From NCBI RefSeq assembly GCF_018343625.1, contig NZ_JAGYPG010000001.1, forward strand, positions 190,342 to 230,341: a stretch of DNA of 40,000 bases, given 5' to 3'. Position 1 is the first letter of the stretch, and each line of letters begins with the position of its first letter. The position numbers were made by a program, and so were the translations under genes. The notes under the pieces are model-generated. The model ran no database searches and was not told the DNA's origin. It was given only the letters and a program-made list of their open reading frames with translations. This DNA comes from Lederbergia citri (GTDB lineage Bacteria > Bacillota > Bacilli > Bacillales > Bacillaceae_C). Of the stretch, positions 35,693 through 40,000 are shown one piece after another.

Positions 35693-35926
35693 ATGAGCAC
35701 AGTAACGGTATACACAACCACACGCTGTCCGTATTGTGTTATGTTAAAGAACTTTTTGGAAGATCAAAATATACCTTTTAGAGAGATAAATGTTGAAGGA
35801 AATCTAGAGATTATGAACCAAATAGTCGCGAAGACGGGTCAAATGGGAGTTCCTCAAACAGAGGTAAATGGTAAGTGGGTTGTTGGTTATGATCCAAATA
35901 ATATAATGCTAGCATTAAGAAACTAG
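35693..35926 (+). CDS. glutaredoxin-like protein (intact, CPYC)
   Basis: 77 aa with TRCPYCVMLKNFL and GQMGVPQTEVNGKWVVGYD. Confidence 0.8.
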   Translation: MSTVTVYTTTRCPYCVMLKNFLEDQNIPFREINVEGNLEIMNQIVAKTGQMGVPQTEVNGKWVVGYDPNNIMLALRN

Positions 35927-35938
35927 GAGGAATTAAGA

Positions 35939-36331
35939 ATGAATAAAGTAGCAATTATAGCAAGTAATGGTGGATTATTTGATGCATATAAAGTGTTTAA
36001 TATTGCAACAGCTGCAGCAGCATCGGATCAGGAAGTAGCGATTTTCTTTACATTTGAAGGATTAAACTTAATCCATAAAGAGTCATACAAACAGCTTCCA
36101 ATGCCGGAGGGAAAAGAACACTTTGCCGAAGGTTTTGCTAATGCAAATGTTCCAGCCATTCCAGAATTGGTAGCAATGGCACAAGAAATGGGTGTTAAGT
36201 TCATTGGTTGTCAAATGACAATGGATGTTATGGGATTAGAAAAAGACTCATTTATTGATGGAATTCAAGTTGGTGGAGCAGTAACCTTTTTAGAATATGC
36301 AAAGGATGCAGATGTAACACTTACTTTTTAA
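35939..36331 (+). CDS. DsrE/DsrF-like family protein (cluster 2)
   Basis: 130 aa with the GCQMTMDVMG segment. Paralog of 29346-29735. Confidence 0.75.
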   Translation: MNKVAIIASNGGLFDAYKVFNIATAAAASDQEVAIFFTFEGLNLIHKESYKQLPMPEGKEHFAEGFANANVPAIPELVAMAQEMGVKFIGCQMTMDVMGLEKDSFIDGIQVGGAVTFLEYAKDADVTLTF

Positions 36332-36357
36332 TCTTAAATATTTTTTTAAATTAAATT

Positions 36358-36372
36358 ATACCGTAGGGGGTA
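36358..36372. promoter_or_regulatory. CstR/CsoR-type operator op5 (internal, one mismatch)
   Basis: aTACCG-TAGG-GGGTA palindrome, about 8 nt before the rhodanese-MBL start. Confidence 0.5.
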
Positions 36373-36379
36373 AAAATAT

Positions 36380-37507
36380 ATGACTGTAAAAGCTATGACT
36401 TCAAAAGAAGTAACTCAAAAAGTATTTAATAAAGAAGAATTGTTTATTCTAGACGTTCGTAACGAAAGTGATTTTCAAGATTGGAAAATTGAAGGTGAAA
36501 ACTTTGACTATCTAAATATCCCGTATTTTGAATTACTGGATGGAGTGGAAGAAATCTTAGAGAAGCTTCCTTCTGATAGAGAAATAGTGGTTGTATGTGC
36601 TAAAGAAGGGTCATCTGTTATGGTGGCAGAGATGCTTTCTGAAGAAGGATTAACAGTTTCCTACTTACAAGGTGGCATGAAAGCATGGAGTGAACACTTA
36701 GAACCAGTTAAAGTTGGGGAATTAAGAGATGGAGGCAAAGTGTATCAGTTCGTTCGTATCGGAAAAGGATGTCTATCATACATGGTTACTTCAAACGGTG
36801 AAGCTGCGATTATCGATGCAACTCGTATGACTGACATTTATCTTGATTTTGCAAATGAAATTGGAGCAAAAATTACGCATGTTTTTGATACACACCTTCA
36901 TGCTGACCATATTTCAGGAGGAAGAGTGATTGCTGAGAGAACAGGTGCAACATATTGGTTACCTCCAAAAGATGCGACAGAAGTAACATTTGAGTACGAG
37001 GCTCTAGAAGGTGGAAATGTAGTGACAATCGGAAATACGGCGATTGATATTCATGCGCTATACTCTCCAGGTCATACGATCGGTTCTACATCTTTTGTTG
37101 TTGATGAAAAGTTCCTTCTTTCAGGAGATATATTATTCATCGATTCAATTGGAAGACCAGACCTTGCTGGTATGGCAGAGGATTGGGTAGCAGATTTAAG
37201 AGAAAGTCTGTACTTACGCTACAGAGAGCTATCAGAAGATTTAGTTGTTCTGCCAGCACACTTTATGATCATTGATGAATTGAATGACGATGGTAGTGTA
37301 TCAGAAAAATTAGGAACACTGTTTGCAAAAAATCACGGTTTAAACATTGAAGACGAAAATGAGTTCAGAAAACTAGTAACAGAAAACCTACCACCACAAC
37401 CAAATGCGTATCAAGAAATTCGTGAAACAAACATGGGGAAAATCAACCCTGATGAAGAAAAACAACGTGAAATGGAAATCGGACCAAACCGTTGTGCGGT
37501 TAGATAA
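36380..37507 (+). CDS. rhodanese-MBL fusion, persulfide-dioxygenase-like (YrkH/CstB-like, cluster 2)
   Basis: It shows the same motifs as 30002-31138 ([27 protein letters not shown]). Confidence 0.8.
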   Translation: MTVKAMTSKEVTQKVFNKEELFILDVRNESDFQDWKIEGENFDYLNIPYFELLDGVEEILEKLPSDREIVVVCAKEGSSVMVAEMLSEEGLTVSYLQGGMKAWSEHLEPVKVGELRDGGKVYQFVRIGKGCLSYMVTSNGEAAIIDATRMTDIYLDFANEIGAKITHVFDTHLHADHISGGRVIAERTGATYWLPPKDATEVTFEYEALEGGNVVTIGNTAIDIHALYSPGHTIGSTSFVVDEKFLLSGDILFIDSIGRPDLAGMAEDWVADLRESLYLRYRELSEDLVVLPAHFMIIDELNDDGSVSEKLGTLFAKNHGLNIEDENEFRKLVTENLPPQPNAYQEIRETNMGKINPDEEKQREMEIGPNRCAVR

Positions 37508-37532
37508 AAATTAATTTTAGGAGGAATAAACA

Positions 37533-37760
37533 ATGGAATCAACTAAAGTTTTAGACGCAAAAGGATTAGCATGTCCAATGCCAATTGTAAAAACAAAAAA
37601 AGCTATGAATGACTTAGCAACAGGAGAAGTTCTAGAAATTCATGCAACAGATAAGGGTGCTAAAAACGACCTGACAGCTTGGGCAACATCTGGTGGTCAT
37701 GAATTAATTAAACATGAAGAAGAAAATGATGTATTTAAATTTTGGATTAAAAAAGGTTGA
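37533..37760 (+). CDS. TusA-family sulfur carrier (YrkI-like, cluster 2)
   Basis: 75 aa. By my hand count, 62 of 75 residues are identical to the cluster-1 copy. Confidence 0.85.
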   Translation: MESTKVLDAKGLACPMPIVKTKKAMNDLATGEVLEIHATDKGAKNDLTAWATSGGHELIKHEEENDVFKFWIKKG

Positions 37761-37765
37761 AAAAT

Positions 37766-37796
37766 AAGGGGGAGCCTATGTAGGGTTCCCTTTTTT
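37766..37796 (+). terminator. hairpin plus T-run between tusA-like and tauE-like genes (cluster 2)
   Basis: GGGAGCC-tatgtag-GGTTCCC stem, extendable by G-U and A-U pairs, followed by TTTTTT. Confidence 0.55.
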
Positions 37797-37813
37797 CAAA
37801 AGGAGGTAACAAG

Positions 37814-38590
37814 ATGGATTTTGGATTTATTATTACAATATTTTTAATCGGATTTATCGGATCATACATTTCTGGAATGTTAGGTATTGGTGGGTCAATT
37901 ATTAAATACCCAATGTTATTATATATTCCACCATTATTTGGCTTAGCCGCTTTTAGTGCTCATGAGGTTTCTGGTATAAGTGCGATTCAAGTATTCTTTG
38001 CAACCATTGGTGGAGTTTGGGCATACCGAAAAGGTGGATATTTAAATAAAACGTTAATCATGTATATGGGTGCTAGTATTTTAGTAGGTAGTTTTGTTGG
38101 AGGATTTGGATCAAAGTTAATGTCAGAAGGAGGCATTAATTTAATTTATGGGATACTAGCTTTAATTGCAGCTGTGATGATGTTTATTCCGAAAAAGGGG
38201 ATAGATGATATCCCTTTAGATCAGGTGAAATTTAATAAATGGCTCGCAGCAATCTTAGCCCTTATTGTTGGTGTAGGTGCTGGAATCGTCGGGGCAGCAG
38301 GAGCCTTTTTATTAGTGCCAATCATGTTAGTGGTATTAAAAATTCCAACAAGAATGACAATCGCATCATCACTAGCAATTACGTTTATATCATCAATAGG
38401 TGCAACTGTCGGTAAAATTACAACTGGACAGATTGATTATTTCCCTGCTTTTATTATGGTCGTTGCAAGTTTACTTGCTTCCCCATTAGGAGCAATAGCT
38501 GGAAAAAAAGTGAATACAAAAATACTACAAATTATTTTGGCGTTATTAATTGGAGCTACTGCTGTTAAGATTTGGTTAGATATCTTATAA
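37814..38590 (+). CDS. TauE/SafE-family (DUF81) membrane transporter (YrkJ-like, cluster 2)
   Basis: 258 aa, highly similar to 31439-32218. Confidence 0.8.
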   Translation: MDFGFIITIFLIGFIGSYISGMLGIGGSIIKYPMLLYIPPLFGLAAFSAHEVSGISAIQVFFATIGGVWAYRKGGYLNKTLIMYMGASILVGSFVGGFGSKLMSEGGINLIYGILALIAAVMMFIPKKGIDDIPLDQVKFNKWLAAILALIVGVGAGIVGAAGAFLLVPIMLVVLKIPTRMTIASSLAITFISSIGATVGKITTGQIDYFPAFIMVVASLLASPLGAIAGKKVNTKILQIILALLIGATAVKIWLDIL

Positions 38591-38642
38591 AAATAGGGGA
38601 AAATAAAACATAAAATTAGCTTATCTGAAAGAAGGGCTAAAA

Positions 38643-38990
38643 ATGACAAATAAGAAATACATCTATTTTGTATCGTTAAGTTCAAATGTTCCCTATGTAC
38701 TAAAGAAATCGATTGAAATGGTCAACCCAAAAAATGAAGTCACCATATTTTTTGATCTTGATGGAGCCCGTGTTTTAGATAAACGTTATTTAAAAAAAGT
38801 GACGAGAACGCATGGAGTGGATCTAGTCTCACTTTTTAAAATAGCTTTAGAGGCAGGGATTAAATTGTATGGTTGTCAAATGAACGTGTTAATTGCAGAT
38901 GGTTTGGAATTAATAGATGGAGCAGAGCTTGCAGGCGTTGTTACCTTTTTAGAAGCAGCCTACCAAGCTGATGCTGTTTTAAGCTATTAA
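38643..38990 (+). CDS. DsrE-like small protein with conserved Cys (115 aa)
   Basis: LYGCQMNV and GAELAGVVTFLE segments parallel the DsrE-like paralogs. No terminator lies after the tauE-like gene. Confidence 0.6.
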   Translation: MTNKKYIYFVSLSSNVPYVLKKSIEMVNPKNEVTIFFDLDGARVLDKRYLKKVTRTHGVDLVSLFKIALEAGIKLYGCQMNVLIADGLELIDGAELAGVVTFLEAAYQADAVLSY

Positions 38991-39004
38991 GAGGGGGACT
39001 AAAC

Positions 39005-39385
39005 ATGAATAAGAAAAAGGTTGTAGTATTAGCACTTCATGATGAATTAGAGTCTGCTTACCCACCCTTAAATGTTGCCGTTGGAGCTGCTTCATCCGGG
39101 GCTGATGTGATCTTAGCCTTCTCACGAAAAGGAGTAAACATTTTAGACCATAAATACATTCCTATTCCATCGGATGGAATTGAATACTTGTCTAATGCGC
39201 TATCTGATTTTAACGCACCTTCAATTAACGATTTACTTGAGATAGCTGTTGAATCTGGTGTTAAATTTTATGTGGTGGACTTAGATATAAAGGACCATAC
39301 GCAATTTAAGTATCCAGCTGAGCAAGTCCCCATTAAATGGGTTTTAAATGAGGCAGTTTCAGCGGATTTATTTGTACATTTTTAA
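39005..39385 (+). CDS. DsrE/DsrF-like small protein lacking the active-site Cys (126 aa)
   Basis: Same fold-type pattern (VVVLALHD..., GVKFYVVDLD) but with no Cys at all. Confidence 0.55.
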   Translation: MNKKKVVVLALHDELESAYPPLNVAVGAASSGADVILAFSRKGVNILDHKYIPIPSDGIEYLSNALSDFNAPSINDLLEIAVESGVKFYVVDLDIKDHTQFKYPAEQVPIKWVLNEAVSADLFVHF

Positions 39386-39404
39386 ATATATAGGAGGAAT
39401 AACG

Positions 39405-39680
39405 TTGATTAAAATTACAGATGCTGCGATATCAAAAATAAGACAAGAAGTTAAAGATGTAAAAAAACCGGTTATTCGTCTTGCAATGGGCATTGGTTGA
39501 GGGGGACCTCAGCTTCGCCTGGCTCTGGAAGAGTCAGCTTTAGAAAATGATGAAATCATTGAACAAGACGGCATAAGTTTTTTAGTACATGAAACAAGTA
39601 AACCATATTTTAATAATGTCAAAATTGATTATACCAAGACCATATTGGGTGGCGGGCAATTTATTGTCCTTACACTATAA
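39405..39680 (+). CDS. HesB/IscA-like ORF interrupted by an in-frame TGA at 39498-39500 (Sec candidate, readthrough or pseudogene)
   Basis: TTG start 7 nt after AGGAGG. The frame reads IKITDAAISKIRQEVKDVKKPVIRLAMGIG-TGA-GGPQLRLALEESALENDEIIEQDGISFLVHETSKPYFNNVKIDYTKTILGGGQFIVLTL. The stop falls where IscA/HesB proteins have the Cys of the GGGCSG block. The frame stays open for 59 more codons. Confidence 0.5.
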
Positions 39681-39704
39681 GTACATCTGAAAGCAGGAGT
39701 TTCT

Positions 39705-40000
39705 TTGAAGATTAAAACAATAGCATTATATCTACCCATTGTCATTTTAGTATTATATTTTGTCTATACCCAGTTTGAAAATAAAAGTATTAAAACAATT
39801 TCAATTAATGAGTTGGAGCAAAAATTACAGGATCCCAAATCAAGTAACATAATCTTTGTTGATGTGCGTGAACCCCATGAATATGAAGCAGGTCATATTA
39901 AAGGGATGAAAAACATTCCACTAAGCACATTAAAATCCGATTATAAAGGTCTGTCTAAAGATGCGGAAATCGTTCTATTGTGTAGGAGTGGGAAACGAAG
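39705..40000 (+). CDS. membrane-anchored rhodanese sulfurtransferase (3' end outside window)
   Basis: TTG start after GCAGGAG. N-terminal TM segment, VDVREPHEYEAGHIKG and the start of the active loop CRSGKR at the window edge. Confidence 0.7.
   Translation, partial: MKIKTIALYLPIVILVLYFVYTQFENKSIKTISINELEQKLQDPKSSNIIFVDVREPHEYEAGHIKGMKNIPLSTLKSDYKGLSKDAEIVLLCRSGKR

Noticed and set aside
36021-36030. TCGGATCA, the expected 3' acceptor end of the displaced tRNA-Val allele
   Set aside because: It lies inside the DsrE-like coding sequence with no T-arm (TTCGAATCC) before it, so it is coincidental.
39498-39560. SECIS hairpin after the in-frame TGA
   Set aside because: Only a 4-bp CTTC/GAAG stem and a distant AATGAT-gaa-ATCATT hairpin about 45 nt downstream could be drawn, and neither resembles a bacterial SECIS. 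Sec therefore remains a hypothesis.
1-40000. CRISPR arrays, rRNA genes and IS/transposase genes
   Set aside because: I saw no regularly spaced direct repeats, no rRNA-like sequence and no transposase-like ORF anywhere in the window.

Overview
Low-GC Bacillaceae chromosomal segment in four blocks. (1) 1-18.1 kb is conserved core. Gene order resembles the B. subtilis yjbO-prpE-yjbQ-fabI-cotO-cotZ/Y-yjcA-yjcZ-spoVIF-yjcF-yjcG-yjcH neighbourhood, with mgtE, a YlaJ-like lipoprotein plus spoVAC-AD-AEb operon, and a TAXI-type TRAP transporter added. Two copies of a GC-rich intergenic repeat lie in this block. (2) 18.3-18.6 kb holds a promoter, a truncated and diverged 5' half of a tRNA-Val(GAC), an intact tRNA-Val(GAC) and a terminator. 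(3) About 18.6-27.9 kb is a visibly more AT-rich putative integrative island. It carries a tyrosine integrase, a two-gene module (unknown 255-aa protein plus a fused XRE-HTH/ImmA-type Zn-peptidase), three monocistronic small unknown genes, an orphan RuvC-like nuclease, tandem small multi-TM proteins and about 1.5 kb of nearly ORF-free DNA. No distal att repeat was found. (4) 27.9-40 kb begins with an internally deleted CoA-disulfide reductase pseudogene. Two diverged copies of a yrk/cst-like persulfide or sulfur-trafficking cluster follow (rhodanese, TusA-rhodanese, DsrE-like, glutaredoxin-like, rhodanese-MBL dioxygenase-like, TusA, TauE/SafE). Only copy 2 has a CstR-like repressor (Cys31/Cys60) and five TACCC-N4-GGGTA operator-like palindromes. 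Copy 1 has a frameshifted glutaredoxin gene. Copy 2 runs on into an extra module: a DsrE-like pair, a HesB/IscA-like ORF with an in-frame TGA where the conserved Cys is expected, and a membrane-anchored rhodanese. That extension and the island cargo modules are the best candidates for undescribed biology. All functional calls come from reading motifs by eye and from synteny, with no database search.
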